DNA of 64,000 nt from a virus. The DNA is taken from IMG/VR virus record IMGVR_UViG_3300045988_182490; one strand, given 5' to 3'. Of this stretch, positions 36,348-46,633 are shown in pieces; the stretch's first letter is position 1; each line of letters opens with the position of its first letter. A program made the translations under genes and the position numbers. Under the pieces are notes generated by a model, which saw only the letters and a program-made list of their open reading frames with translations, did no database searches and was not told where the DNA came from.

Positions 36348-36995
36348 ATGATGTATACCGCACTTAAAGGTACATGTTTCCTTTTATGTAACCTTTTAAC
36401 TACATCTGCCGTTAACTCTACTTTATTATGTTCGGCAGATCATTCTGAACAAAAAACAGTAAAATGTATTGAATATCATAATTCCATGCAGGAAGATATT
36501 ATAATCAACGTATTGGAAAATACACAGGAAAAAGAACTGCGGAGATTTCAAAAAGCATTAGATCAACTTCCAAAAGAAGCCAGAAGTTTATTTGCGGATG
36601 AAGATTTTCAGTTAAACTTTCTGCAGATATGTCAGGATTATGAGCTTGATCCTTATCTGATGCTATGTCTTATTAAAAAGGAATCTGCTTTTCTTCCTGA
36701 TGTATCAAACGGACATTGTTTAGGGTTATGTCAGATCAATGAATATTCACATAAATCAAGAATGGAAAGACTTGAATGTGATGATTTATATGATCCTTAT
36801 CAAAATATAATAGTTGCTGCTGATTATCTTGCTGAGCTTATATCCACAAAAAGAGATATGACCGAAGTGCTTATGTATTACAATATGCCTTCAGAGACGG
36901 CCCGGAAACGATATGAAGCCGGAAACTATAGCAACTATGCAATAAATATACAAAAAGAAGCCATACAACTAAGAGAAATAGCTGAAGCAGAATAG
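36348..36995 (+). CDS. lytic transglycosylase (SLT domain)
   Basis: 215 aa; CLIKKESAF...GLCQIN...DPYQNIIVAADYLAELI...YYNM SLT motifs. Confidence 0.75.
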   Translation: MMYTALKGTCFLLCNLLTTSAVNSTLLCSADHSEQKTVKCIEYHNSMQEDIIINVLENTQEKELRRFQKALDQLPKEARSLFADEDFQLNFLQICQDYELDPYLMLCLIKKESAFLPDVSNGHCLGLCQINEYSHKSRMERLECDDLYDPYQNIIVAADYLAELISTKRDMTEVLMYYNMPSETARKRYEAGNYSNYAINIQKEAIQLREIAEAE

Positions 36996-37004
36996 GAGCG
37001 TTTC

Positions 37005-37568
37005 ATGAATAATTTACCTAGTAGACCTGGAGAAGTGTTTTATATTATTAGAAGGACGCCATACAGCGAATCAATACTAAGTACTAAGGCTGTTATTTGT
37101 GAACAGTCATACATGCGCTGGGGGCGTCGAAAATCCCAGTATCGATTAGTTGATATTGATAACGGTGAGATTTTGGATTTTAAGGCTCAAACATTTTCTG
37201 AAATGTTGGATTTTGTGGAAGACGTTATTTCTGTTCCAGTTTCCTTTGAACGAAGATACACTGATTATAATTATGTCATTAATTTGCAAAAAGGATTAAA
37301 AGAAATTGCACAGGATTCCAATTTTGCTAACGATTTTCCTCAACGTTTTGTTGTTGGCGTATACTCAATTGGAAAATTTAAAGCTGAAATTAACGTGAGT
37401 CGAATCGGAATTACTTTGGAGTTTATTCATGATAAACCGATGCCAAATGGAATTCCGCCGGTTGGACTTCAGTATCTGAAAAACTTCCCTAAAACAGAAA
37501 AAGAAATGATTGAAGCGGTGGAAAAAGAGTTAAGACAGTTTATTAAAAAATATGATACGCTGTTGTAA
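37005..37568 (+). CDS. hypothetical protein
   Basis: 187 aa. Confidence 0.5.
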   Translation: MNNLPSRPGEVFYIIRRTPYSESILSTKAVICEQSYMRWGRRKSQYRLVDIDNGEILDFKAQTFSEMLDFVEDVISVPVSFERRYTDYNYVINLQKGLKEIAQDSNFANDFPQRFVVGVYSIGKFKAEINVSRIGITLEFIHDKPMPNGIPPVGLQYLKNFPKTEKEMIEAVEKELRQFIKKYDTLL

Positions 37569-37586
37569 GAATTTCTATGCAGAAAT

Positions 37587-37614
37587 TTGCATCTATAGAA
37601 CCATTTGTTATAAT
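37587..37614 (+). promoter_or_regulatory. sigma70 promoter (TTGCAT-16-TATAAT) driving sRNA copy A
   Basis: consensus -35/-10 with TG-extended -10 (TGTTATAAT). Confidence 0.6.
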
Positions 37615-37620
37615 AAGAAT

Positions 37621-37703
37621 ATCAAATGAGTTAATCATTTGTTTCTTCCATCTTTTATCTTTGATACAATCTCCGGATATTTTTATCCGGAGAATTTTTT
37701 TTT
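37621..37703 (+). ncRNA. small RNA, family copy A (5' hairpin, conserved core CTTTTATCTTTGAT, intrinsic terminator)
   Basis: promoter-to-terminator unit about 83 nt; terminator CTCCGGATATTTTTATCCGGAG + T9. Confidence 0.55.
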
Positions 37704-37769
37704 GCTATTTTCTGTCATATTATAAATAACATAAGAAAATAGGAGAATTTATTTTGGAGGATAAATAAT

Positions 37770-37970
37770 ATGAATTGGAATAATGCTTTTGCTATGAAGA
37801 AAAACATAAACGGTAAGATCGTTACTGTAGGACAGCAGGACTTTGATAATATGACTATTATGATTAAAGAGGAAAATGGAAATGTTATTAGCTGTCCTAT
37901 GGATTTTGATAATGACGGTGACTGTTACTTCATTTATGATTCTACTCAAGTGTACATAAGAGAAGTATGA
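37770..37970 (+). CDS. hypothetical small protein
   Basis: 66 aa; GGAGG RBS. Confidence 0.45.
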   Translation: MNWNNAFAMKKNINGKIVTVGQQDFDNMTIMIKEENGNVISCPMDFDNDGDCYFIYDSTQVYIREV

Positions 37971-37999
37971 TTAATTGCTGAATGGAGGAAAATAAAAGT

Positions 38000-38152
38000 A
38001 TGATTATAGAAGCTAAATTTACAGTAGCTGGTATGACGAGAGGCAAGAGATACGATGTCATTGACCTCATCAATGATAGATATTACAAAATTGTACTCGA
38101 CGGAGGCATTATAGGAATTCGGCATAGATGTAACTTCAATATTATTAAATAA
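38000..38152 (+). CDS. hypothetical small protein
   Basis: 50 aa; GGAGG RBS. Confidence 0.4.
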   Translation: MIIEAKFTVAGMTRGKRYDVIDLINDRYYKIVLDGGIIGIRHRCNFNIIK

Positions 38153-38173
38153 ATATAAGAAAGGAAAATAAAA

Positions 38174-38332
38174 ATGAGAACAAATAATGGTTGCATATGG
38201 GCATATAATACCGAAGTTGAGTGTAAACATAAAGAATGTACAGATTGCCCTTATTACAGGGCTGGGTACCAGAATAATAGATACGGATCTTTTAGTAACC
38301 CCTATGACGATAGTGGATGGGACGGAGAGTAA
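38174..38332 (+). CDS. hypothetical small Cys-rich protein
   Basis: 52 aa; AAGGAAA RBS. Confidence 0.4.
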   Translation: MRTNNGCIWAYNTEVECKHKECTDCPYYRAGYQNNRYGSFSNPYDDSGWDGE

Positions 38333-38411
38333 TCACTATCCACAATAAAAGGTGTGGTTTTACATCAAAAATTATAAATCAAAAAGAAAAGAGGAAATTA
38401 AAGTGAATAAT

Positions 38412-38573
38412 ATGTTTGAAGAAATGGGTAAAGCAAATATCAGAGCATTTTGTGATAAGCTGGAAGACAAGGTGTTAAATCATACACCTGATGTAATTGC
38501 CGAGTGTCCATTATTGGAAACAACAACCGTAATTAATATTATCAGAGAGTTGCGGAAAGAAATGGCTGAATAA
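38412..38573 (+). CDS. hypothetical small protein
   Basis: 53 aa. Confidence 0.4.
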   Translation: MFEEMGKANIRAFCDKLEDKVLNHTPDVIAECPLLETTTVINIIRELRKEMAE

Positions 38574-38653
38574 GAGGTAACGTAATAATCTATGAGATGA
38601 AGATATAGAGGCAGACAAAATTCGCATTTCTTTAGAAGATTGGAGGTAATATT

Positions 38654-38806
38654 ATGTCAAAAAGAGAACGAAGAGAATTTACAAAAGAACTAATTGAAAA
38701 ATGTATTGCTGCTATCAATGAACTGCCTAATTGTCCAAATGGACATTCAGATGTGTATGATAAGGCAACAATTGAAAGAGTTTTGAAAAATGTAATTGAT
38801 AATTAA
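38654..38806 (+). CDS. hypothetical small protein
   Basis: 50 aa; GGAGG RBS. Confidence 0.4.
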   Translation: MSKRERREFTKELIEKCIAAINELPNCPNGHSDVYDKATIERVLKNVIDN

Positions 38807-38884
38807 GAGGATTTTGAAAATTGGATTTACGAAATAAAAAATAGCCATTGAAACTAAGATTTCTTAGGAAAGTAGTGAAGAGAA

Positions 38885-39106
38885 ATGAGTAAAAACAATT
38901 ATGAAAAATATGCTGAAGCAAAACAGCAGGAATTATTGCATACAGAAAGGAGTCTACTACAGGCAATCAGTTGTCTAAGGTGTAGACAGAAGTTTACATC
39001 CTTGCAATGTATGGATAGTGCAATAGATTTTGTTGCAGACTTATATGATTTATCCATTGATGAAGTGAAGCGAGCAATGGATGGAGAAGAATACTGGTGT
39101 ATATAA
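38885..39106 (+). CDS. hypothetical small protein
   Basis: 73 aa. Confidence 0.4.
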   Translation: MSKNNYEKYAEAKQQELLHTERSLLQAISCLRCRQKFTSLQCMDSAIDFVADLYDLSIDEVKRAMDGEEYWCI

Positions 39107-39141
39107 AAATTGCATTTCTTTTAGATTAGAGGTAAGAGGAA

Positions 39142-39363
39142 ATGATTGTAAATGCTTATTTGAATGTAACGCAAGAGCAATGGGAGGGAATCAAAGAGAA
39201 GTACGTAGAACAGAATATGTATCATATTGTGAGCAATTCAAAGCGAAAGTGTAAACGCTGTGATGATTGCAAAATGTATAATCCTTGTTCTACTTATGAA
39301 GGATTTTGTTTAGAGACAAATGAATTGGTTGACGGAAATTTCACCTGCGAAAGTTGGTATTAA
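39142..39363 (+). CDS. hypothetical small Cys-rich protein
   Basis: 73 aa; CKRCDDC...C...C. Confidence 0.4.
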   Translation: MIVNAYLNVTQEQWEGIKEKYVEQNMYHIVSNSKRKCKRCDDCKMYNPCSTYEGFCLETNELVDGNFTCESWY

Positions 39364-39393
39364 AAATGGAGAAACCATAAGAGGGAAATAATA

Positions 39394-39543
39394 ATGTGGA
39401 CACCATGTGACGAACCTATTGAAGAGTATAATGAAGAAACCGGTAAAATGGAAACACGATACCATTGTCCTTATACAGATACTTACACTGGATACGAAGA
39501 TGAAATGTGTAGAAACTGCTGTGGGCTTGGTGTAGATGAATGA
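39394..39543 (+). CDS. hypothetical small Cys-rich protein
   Basis: 49 aa; GAGGG RBS. Confidence 0.35.
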   Translation: MWTPCDEPIEEYNEETGKMETRYHCPYTDTYTGYEDEMCRNCCGLGVDE

Positions 39544-39556
39544 GAGGAATAATATA

Positions 39557-40345
39557 ATGAATACAAGCAAAACAAGAAATTTATACTATGTAATGGATGA
39601 AAAAGAAGAAATGTTTGTAAAAGGAAACCTAAATAATCATGAAAACTCCTATACTGGAGAAATTGATCGAGCTTTTCGAACATATAGTAAAGAAGAAGCA
39701 ATTCATATATCCAATGAGTGTAATGACATTGGTATGAATACAAAGGTGGTTATGTTTACATGGAGATGCACTCTGGTAGCCAGAAATGTTAAAGGTATTG
39801 AAAATAATTCTGGTATCAAAGGTGATAGAAAACTTTCTGAGCTAAATGCAGGGGAAACATTCAAAGATGGAAATGGAATTGAATACATTGTATGCCAACA
39901 GTTTGAGAATGGGACTGCAGCAGTTGTAAGAAAGGGTCTTTTTGATCACAGACTATATTTTGGAGATACAAATGATTGGCGTGATAGTAATATTCGAGAA
40001 TATTTAAACAAAGAATATTTTAAGGAGCTTGCAGCACAATTCGGAGAAGATAATATCGTTGAATTCACTAGAGACCTGATATCTCTTGATGGATACGATG
40101 ATTATGGTAAATGTAGAGACAAGGTAAGTATTATGAGTCTTTTAGACTACATGAAGTACCATAAGGACATTGGCGATTGTGAAAATATTTACTATTTATT
40201 GACTCCCGCAACGATTCTTTCTGGCTGCAGTTATAAAACTGTTCTGTATATTGATGACAATGATTTACCTAACTATACATTATGCAGTTCCATTATGGCT
40301 GTACGCCCGTTTTTCGTCCTTAAATCTGATATCTACGTTTTCTAA
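39557..40345 (+). CDS. hypothetical protein
   Basis: 262 aa. Confidence 0.55.
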   Translation: MNTSKTRNLYYVMDEKEEMFVKGNLNNHENSYTGEIDRAFRTYSKEEAIHISNECNDIGMNTKVVMFTWRCTLVARNVKGIENNSGIKGDRKLSELNAGETFKDGNGIEYIVCQQFENGTAAVVRKGLFDHRLYFGDTNDWRDSNIREYLNKEYFKELAAQFGEDNIVEFTRDLISLDGYDDYGKCRDKVSIMSLLDYMKYHKDIGDCENIYYLLTPATILSGCSYKTVLYIDDNDLPNYTLCSSIMAVRPFFVLKSDIYVF

Positions 40346-40346
40346 T

Positions 40347-40371
40347 AAAAAGAAGCCTTTTGGCTTCTTTT
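40347..40371 (+). terminator. intrinsic terminator
   Basis: AAAAGAAGCCTTTTGGCTTCTTTTT. Confidence 0.6.
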
Positions 40372-40432
40372 TATTTTGTCTTGTTTCATCTGTCATATTA
40401 ATTACATCAAAAAGATAAATGGAGGAAATAAT

Positions 40433-41431
40433 ATGAAAGAAACAACGAACATTTTGGAATTATTTGGAGGTGTAGGAGCTCCACGTAGAGCGTTGGAATT
40501 ATGTGGGCTGAACATCAAATCCATCGATTATGTTGAGATTCTTCCTTATGCCGTATTAGCTTATAACAATATTTTTGATATTAGCTATAAACCGCAGAAT
40601 ATCATAAACTGGAATATGGATGTTGATATTCTAATTCATGGATCTCCTTGCCAGGACTTTACAAAAGAAGGTAAAAATGACATTAATACCGGTCGCTCTA
40701 TCCTTTATAACCGGACACTTGAAATTATCGAAAAGGGATTACATAAGAGACCTCCGGTAGTCATCTGGGAAAATGTCCCGAATCTGGCTTCTCAGGGTAA
40801 AAAGGTATCTCATAAACACCATTTGGACCATTATATCGAAACAATGGAAGCTATGGGATATAAAAGCACATATGCTATTCTTGATGCAAGTAAATACGGG
40901 ATTCCACAGGCAAGAGAACGGTTATATGTCGTGAGCTTATTATCTGGAAATGAATTTGAATTTCCGGATGAAATACCCCTTAAATTTCATCTACGGGATT
41001 TCCTTGATAAAACAGTGAATCCAGCTGATTACCAGCTCTCTGATGCAGAAAAACAGCTTTTCTTTACGAATAATGGAAAACTATATGTAAAGGAAGCTAC
41101 AAAAATTGGATATAAGCTCGTGGAAGATGGAGATTGCATCAATGTAGCTTTTCCTAATTCCAAAACAAGACGCGGTAGAGTAGGAAAAGGTGTTGCCAAA
41201 ACACTTACTACAGCCCCTAGACAAGCTGTATATACAAATGGTGTCCTTCGGATGTTGACTGCAAAGGAATATTGGCGGCTTATGGGTTTTAAGGATCGTG
41301 ATTATGCAGCAATGAAAAAAGTTGGTTTGACTGATGCTCAGATCTGTCATCTGGCCGGTAATTCAATTTGTGTTCCGGTACTTCAACATATTTTTACAAA
41401 ACTTATTGCCATGGGTGAAATCGAAAGATAA
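40433..41431 (+). CDS. DNA (cytosine-5)-methyltransferase, orphan
   Basis: 332 aa; motif I LFGGVGA, motif IV PCQDFT, motif VI ENVPNL, motif [13 protein letters not shown]. Confidence 0.9.
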   Translation: MKETTNILELFGGVGAPRRALELCGLNIKSIDYVEILPYAVLAYNNIFDISYKPQNIINWNMDVDILIHGSPCQDFTKEGKNDINTGRSILYNRTLEIIEKGLHKRPPVVIWENVPNLASQGKKVSHKHHLDHYIETMEAMGYKSTYAILDASKYGIPQARERLYVVSLLSGNEFEFPDEIPLKFHLRDFLDKTVNPADYQLSDAEKQLFFTNNGKLYVKEATKIGYKLVEDGDCINVAFPNSKTRRGRVGKGVAKTLTTAPRQAVYTNGVLRMLTAKEYWRLMGFKDRDYAAMKKVGLTDAQICHLAGNSICVPVLQHIFTKLIAMGEIER

Positions 41432-41445
41432 AAAGGAGAAAAATA

Positions 41446-41667
41446 ATGGAAAACAAAAACAATTGGATCCCTGTTAGTTCTGGACTTTATCCAGAAGAAA
41501 ACGAGGCCGTGCAAGTCACTTATCTTGGATATAATGATCATGTGCCATATTGTGACCAATTTGCATATAGGTGTTCAGGAGAATGGCATTGGGTATATGA
41601 TAATACCATTCCCAATATAGAAATTACTGCATGGAAAAGTAATTGTGAACCATATAGTAAAAATTAA
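41446..41667 (+). CDS. hypothetical small protein
   Basis: 73 aa; AAAGGAG RBS. Confidence 0.45.
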   Translation: MENKNNWIPVSSGLYPEENEAVQVTYLGYNDHVPYCDQFAYRCSGEWHWVYDNTIPNIEITAWKSNCEPYSKN

Positions 41668-41750
41668 AAGAAGTCTCTTGGCTTCTTTTTCTTTTATATT
41701 CCTTTATCTGTCATATTAACTATATCAAACAGATAATAGGAGGAAATTAT

Positions 41751-42074
41751 ATGGAATTTTCGGATTTTTATGACATAGCTGAATATGGAAATAAACACTG
41801 GAAGGGTGCATATTCTCAAAAAGAGGTTAAGCAGAACGCTTATGATTATTATACGGATTTTCTTGCCTGTATGGACGAAGGAGAATTAACACCAGTTATC
41901 AAAGAATTAGCCAGACTTCTTGCCGATGATGGCAGCGATGAAGCAAAATACTGGTTGTTTATGATCGCAAGTTCTCTGAATCTTATTAATATAACCTTTG
42001 CTGATTGCCTGAAGACTGATGAATGGTTAAAAAATTTTTTATTATGTAAGGAGAACGGTTATGAAAATTACTAA
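41751..42074 (+). CDS. hypothetical protein
   Basis: 107 aa; AGGAGG RBS. Confidence 0.5.
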   Translation: MEFSDFYDIAEYGNKHWKGAYSQKEVKQNAYDYYTDFLACMDEGELTPVIKELARLLADDGSDEAKYWLFMIASSLNLINITFADCLKTDEWLKNFLLCKENGYENY

Positions 42075-42270
42075 TATCAAATGGGATACTGATGGTGATG
42101 AAGAAGTTTTTGCAACTCTTCCTCAAGAAATCGATGTTCCGGAATATTTTCTAGAAAAGAAAAATTTCGAAGTTGACGGAGAATATAGTAGAGATGAAAT
42201 GTTAGATCAATTGTCTGATTGGCTTTCTGATGAATATGGATTCTGCCATGGCGGATTCGATGTCGAATAG
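42061..42270 (+). CDS. hypothetical acidic small protein
   Basis: 69 aa; overlaps upstream gene. Confidence 0.4.
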   Translation: MKITNIKWDTDGDEEVFATLPQEIDVPEYFLEKKNFEVDGEYSRDEMLDQLSDWLSDEYGFCHGGFDVE

Positions 42271-42279
42271 GAGGCAGAT

Positions 42280-42483
42280 ATGCAGTATCAATTATATGCT
42301 AGATATGGCAAAAAAGATAATGTATGGCATTCTCTCGGATTATTCCAGAAAAGAAAAGAAGCTGAAAAGAATCAGAAGAAGCACAATCCCGATTGGCTAT
42401 ATAGAGTAGCTCCTTATTATGGAAAAATAATTTACGCAGATTTGCCACCGGCATATGAATTGTGGCCGAGAATGTGTGGATAA
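42280..42483 (+). CDS. hypothetical small protein
   Basis: 67 aa. Confidence 0.4.
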   Translation: MQYQLYARYGKKDNVWHSLGLFQKRKEAEKNQKKHNPDWLYRVAPYYGKIIYADLPPAYELWPRMCG

Positions 42484-42577
42484 GAAAGAAGCCTTTTGGT
42501 TTCTTTTCTTTTATTTTATGCAGAAATTTGCAATAACACTACTTTTAATTTATAATTGGTCTATCAGGAGGAAAATA

Positions 42578-42832
42578 ATGGAAACCTTAAATATAGAAAT
42601 TGTCAAAACAGAAGAACCACAGGTATGCGTGCTCCCTAATATCGCTGCCATGAAAGTTAAAGATTTTCTGGACGAAAAGAAAATTGAATACAGATGTGTA
42701 GGACAGGAAAAATTTGTAGACGGTTGGCCTGGAGGATGCACCTTCAATGGTAAAGTGTATACCCGTTTCGTTCAGGCAATAATCACCTGTATTGACAGTG
42801 AATGCTTACATGATCTTGCTGCAATGTTATAA
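42578..42832 (+). CDS. hypothetical small protein
   Basis: 84 aa; AGGAGG RBS; TTGCAA-17-TATAAT promoter upstream. Confidence 0.45.
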   Translation: METLNIEIVKTEEPQVCVLPNIAAMKVKDFLDEKKIEYRCVGQEKFVDGWPGGCTFNGKVYTRFVQAIITCIDSECLHDLAAML

Positions 42833-42923
42833 GTTAGAAAAAGAAGTCAAAAGGCTTCTTTTTCTTTTATCCTCCTTTATCTGTCATATTAACTATATCA
42901 ACAGATAACAGGAGGAAAATAAT

Positions 42924-43523
42924 ATGGGATGGACAGGATATCAGCCAACTCACTTTAAAAAAGGTGGAATAGTAGACCGTAAAGCAGAATGTGATGCTTA
43001 TTTTATGGAAGGCCTCAATAGAGGTAACTTCCAGGTATTGAAATCTTCAATAAAAGGCAGCGTGTATTATGCAGCCGTAAAGGATATGGTACGATATGCA
43101 GGTGAAGATGAAAAAGAACACAGTATCTATGTCCCGATAGATGACGGAAAAGTACGGGGATATGTTTTTCTTACGTCCGTCAAAGATGGAATGTTTTATT
43201 ACAAGGACATTTCTGAAGACATGGGCCCAGGCTACTATGATTGTCCGGAGTCTATTTTAAAGCTTCTTAGCGAGACGCATTCCGAGTATGCTCTGAATTG
43301 GAGAAAACATTGCTGGGAAGAAAATGAGAAAAAGAAAACACATAATCTTTCCAAGTTACCAATTGGAACAAAAATCATTTGGACGAGAAAAGATGGAGTT
43401 GAGGTAGAGTTATTGAAACATGCTCCAGCATATCAGTTCAAAAGACCATTTTGGTTCAATGCAGCGGATCGGACTTATATGTCTGCAAAATGGATCGTTG
43501 ACTGGGAAGTGAAGGAGGACTAA
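42924..43523 (+). CDS. hypothetical protein
   Basis: 199 aa; AGGAGG RBS. Confidence 0.55.
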   Translation: MGWTGYQPTHFKKGGIVDRKAECDAYFMEGLNRGNFQVLKSSIKGSVYYAAVKDMVRYAGEDEKEHSIYVPIDDGKVRGYVFLTSVKDGMFYYKDISEDMGPGYYDCPESILKLLSETHSEYALNWRKHCWEENEKKKTHNLSKLPIGTKIIWTRKDGVEVELLKHAPAYQFKRPFWFNAADRTYMSAKWIVDWEVKED

Positions 43524-43660
43524 CGATGAGTAAGGTAGAGCTGAATATCTGGCAGATTACGAAGGATATTCATTAACTGAAGGCTGCAAAATTGCAGAAA
43601 AAGAGTGGAATGAGATGTATAAGTAAATGGACATTCTAACGTGAAGTGAGGAGAAATGAT

Positions 43661-43894
43661 ATGGATAGACGAAATATTGCAATAACAAATAAAATGACAG
43701 AAATATTGAATAATGTAAAAGGGTTCGAAGCTGCAATGTCAAATCCAAAACAAGGGAAAATGCTGGTGCGTCATAATGGTGTTACTTTTTATGTTACAGT
43801 TGAACCAGTATTTAATGACAATGCCGAAGGAAATAGAGCTGAAAGTAAATCATTTGAAGATATCGTAGATTCACATAGTTGGATTTGGAACTAA
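43661..43894 (+). CDS. hypothetical small protein
   Basis: 77 aa. Confidence 0.4.
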   Translation: MDRRNIAITNKMTEILNNVKGFEAAMSNPKQGKMLVRHNGVTFYVTVEPVFNDNAEGNRAESKSFEDIVDSHSWIWN

Positions 43895-43959
43895 GTTATA
43901 TTAATACATTGGGCGGCAGATAACTGCCGTCCTTCAGTATATTACGAAAGGAGTAATAC

Positions 43960-44319
43960 ATGATACATCTCGAAAACGGGCATATTTATGAACTCACGAG
44001 TGATTTCGATATTTATTCATGTGATGACGGAAAGATAACAGTAAAAGCCGGTGCCGTTTTTGTAGCTGAGCGTGGAAATAATAGAATAATAAATGGCAGA
44101 GAATTGCCTTTTTACAATATATATATTTTACGGTCAAAAAGTTATCTTCCTTATTCATCCGCCTGTATATTTCAATCAATCAGTGGTATAACAATTAAAG
44201 AAATCACGATGGATATGTTGGATAAAGAAGCATTTGCAGGGTATCTACCATGGAATATCCGATTCGGAACAAATAGCAGTATCAGAGCAATGCAAAAAAT
44301 GATGGAGGAACGAAAATGA
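43960..44319 (+). CDS. hypothetical protein
   Basis: 119 aa. Confidence 0.45.
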   Translation: MIHLENGHIYELTSDFDIYSCDDGKITVKAGAVFVAERGNNRIINGRELPFYNIYILRSKSYLPYSSACIFQSISGITIKEITMDMLDKEAFAGYLPWNIRFGTNSSIRAMQKMMEERK

Positions 44320-45101
44320 TCTATATTACAGGAGATATTCATGGAGATCCCACAAGATTTTCCAAAGAAGCGTTTCCAGAACAATCAAAAATGACAAAAG
44401 AGGATTACGTTATTGTCTGTGGAGATTTTGGACTCGTATGGGATCAAATGGAATCAAGAACAGAAGAATATTGGCTTAACTGGCTTCAGAATAAGCCGTT
44501 CACTACATTATTCGTGGATGGTAATCATGAAAATCATGATAGATTGGATGCTATGCCAGTATCTGAATGGAATGGAGGAAATGTTCACTTTGTAAGACCT
44601 AATGTTATTCATTTAATGCGAGGCCAGGTATTTACTCTTTGTGAAAAAACATTCTTTACGTTTGGAGGAGCATCTTCCCATGATATCCAGGATGGTATTT
44701 TGGATCCTGATAATTATCAGTACGGAATTAAAGATCCTCTATTCAAAGAAGATAAAAAGAAGTTAGATGATAGAAGAGCCATGTACCGTATCAAGAGAGT
44801 ATCCTGGTGGGAACGTGAGCTTCCTAGCGAACAGGAGATGTCTGAAGGAATCGAAAATCTTAAGAAATACGGAAATAAAGTGGACTATATTATTTCCCAT
44901 AGTCCGTGCACCAGTGATATGTTCCTAATGGGCGGTAAAGGCATTTACCAGCCGGATATTATTTCGAACTATCTGGAAGAAGTAAGAGCCACAACGGAGT
45001 ATAAGAAATGGTATTTTGGACATATGCATATCAATAAGCAGGTGTCTATGCAGGATATTTGCTTGTATGAGCAAATTTTATTTGTCCCTACTTGTCAATA
45101 A
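44316..45101 (+). CDS. calcineurin-like metallophosphoesterase
   Basis: 261 aa; GDIHGD, GDFGLVWD, GNHENHD motifs; stop codon lies within first bases of IscB element copy 1. Confidence 0.8.
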   Translation: MIYITGDIHGDPTRFSKEAFPEQSKMTKEDYVIVCGDFGLVWDQMESRTEEYWLNWLQNKPFTTLFVDGNHENHDRLDAMPVSEWNGGNVHFVRPNVIHLMRGQVFTLCEKTFFTFGGASSHDIQDGILDPDNYQYGIKDPLFKEDKKKLDDRRAMYRIKRVSWWERELPSEQEMSEGIENLKKYGNKVDYIISHSPCTSDMFLMGGKGIYQPDIISNYLEEVRATTEYKKWYFGHMHINKQVSMQDICLYEQILFVPTCQ

Positions 45102-45361
45102 CCCATCACTAAAGTGACGGGCTTGTAAAAGCCCGATATTGACTAGCCTAAGTGTTTCGAACACTACGTTACGAGAGAATATATAGTCACCTGCGGATGT
45201 AATACCTAGTCTGCAGCTCTGAGGTCCGTGATTAAACAGTCCTGTTGGATAGGGACAGTGTTGCGGATATCCAAAACCTCTCATTAACATTGGCGAAGGT
45301 ATCATTACAGAGGAATGACCTCTGATTTATGTGATTTGGTTCACAGAAAGGAGTGCCTGTT
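45100..45361 (+). ncRNA. putative omega RNA (IscB guide scaffold), copy 1
   Basis: about 260-nt non-coding, GC-enriched, hairpin-rich region between IS left end and iscB start, canonical omega-RNA position. Confidence 0.6.
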
Positions 45362-46633
45362 ATGGTATATGTTCTTAACATTGACGGACAGCCGCTTATG
45401 CCCACTGACAGGCATGGAAAGGTCCGGCATCTTTTGAAAGACGGCCGGGCGGAAGTAGTAAAGCGCTGTCCGTTTACCATACGACTGTTGTATGACAGCA
45501 CGCACTATACACAGGATATCGTATTAGGTGTGGATGCCGGCAGCAAACATATCGGTTTGTCGGCCACCACAGAAACAAAAGAACTCTATGCTTCCGATGT
45601 GGAGCTAAGAAATGACATTGTGGATCTGATTTCCACACGCAGACAGAACCGCCGGTCACGGCGTAATCGTAAGATTCGTTATCGGAAGGCTCGTTTTCAG
45701 AACAGGGTATCCGGAAAGAAAAACTGGTTGGCTCCCAGTATCCGGCAGAAAGTCGATACACATATGACCGTGGTATCCAGAGTATGCATGATACTTCCGG
45801 TTACAAAGATCATCGTGGAGACAGCTTCTTTTGATATCCAGAAGATCAAGGATCCGGATATCAGTGGTACTGGTTATCAGCAGGGAGAGCAGCTCGATTT
45901 CTGGAACGTCCGGGAGTATGTATTATCCCGGGATGGTCATACCTGCCAGTGCTGCAAAGGCAAATCCAAGGATCCGGTGCTCAATGTACATCATATCGAG
46001 AGCCGAAAGACTGGTGGCGATGCTCCCAATAACCTGATCACCTTATGTGAGACATGCCATAAGAGTTATCACTCAGGTGCGGTGCAGCTGCCGAAAGCCA
46101 TCCATCGTGGCATGAGATTCAAGGATGCTGCATTCATGGGAGTCATGCGATGGAATTTCTATAACAAACTGAAGGAAATCTATGAGCTACAGGGCATTGA
46201 GATACGTATGACATTTGGGTATCTCACAAAGAATACCCGTATCCGTCATCATCTGCCAAAGGAGCATTACATAGATGCCAGGTGCATCAGCGGTCATCCG
46301 GAAGCAATACCCAGCAACGAAGTTTTCTATCAGAAGAAGGTTCGCTGCCATAACCGCCAGATACATAAGAACACTATCCTTAAAGGTGGTATCCGAAAAC
46401 GAAATCAGGCCGGCTATCTGGTAAAAGGCTTCCGGCTGTTCGATAAAGTAGCTTACAAAGGCAGAGAGTACTTCATTTTTGGACGCAGGCAAAGTGGATT
46501 CTTCGATTTGCGGAATCTGTCCGGATGCAAAGTAAACAAAGGCAGTCTCAGTTACCGGAAGATCGGATTTCTGGAACCGAGACAATACTATTTATGTGAA
46601 AGGAGAGTAATGGACACCCAGGGCTGTGCTTAA
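45362..46633 (+). CDS. iscB: IscB RNA-guided nuclease (PLMP-RuvC-BH-HNH-RuvC)
   Basis: 423 aa; PLMP (GQPLMP), RuvC-I GVDAGSKHIGLS, Arg-rich bridge helix, RuvC-II IIVETASFD, HNH CQCCKG...HHI...NLITLCETCH, RuvC-III EHYIDARC. Confidence 0.9.
   Translation: MVYVLNIDGQPLMPTDRHGKVRHLLKDGRAEVVKRCPFTIRLLYDSTHYTQDIVLGVDAGSKHIGLSATTETKELYASDVELRNDIVDLISTRRQNRRSRRNRKIRYRKARFQNRVSGKKNWLAPSIRQKVDTHMTVVSRVCMILPVTKIIVETASFDIQKIKDPDISGTGYQQGEQLDFWNVREYVLSRDGHTCQCCKGKSKDPVLNVHHIESRKTGGDAPNNLITLCETCHKSYHSGAVQLPKAIHRGMRFKDAAFMGVMRWNFYNKLKEIYELQGIEIRMTFGYLTKNTRIRHHLPKEHYIDARCISGHPEAIPSNEVFYQKKVRCHNRQIHKNTILKGGIRKRNQAGYLVKGFRLFDKVAYKGREYFIFGRRQSGFFDLRNLSGCKVNKGSLSYRKIGFLEPRQYYLCERRVMDTQGCA

Noticed and set aside
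45078-45501. Minus-strand ORFs MIPSPMLMRGFGYPQH... and MLSYNSRMVNGQ... present identically upstream of both iscB copies (also 58326-58752), and antisense ORFs inside iscB (45474-45761, 46187-46585)
   Set aside because: They fall in the presumptive omega RNA scaffold or antisense to iscB, and are duplicated only because the IS is duplicated. Coding is unlikely.
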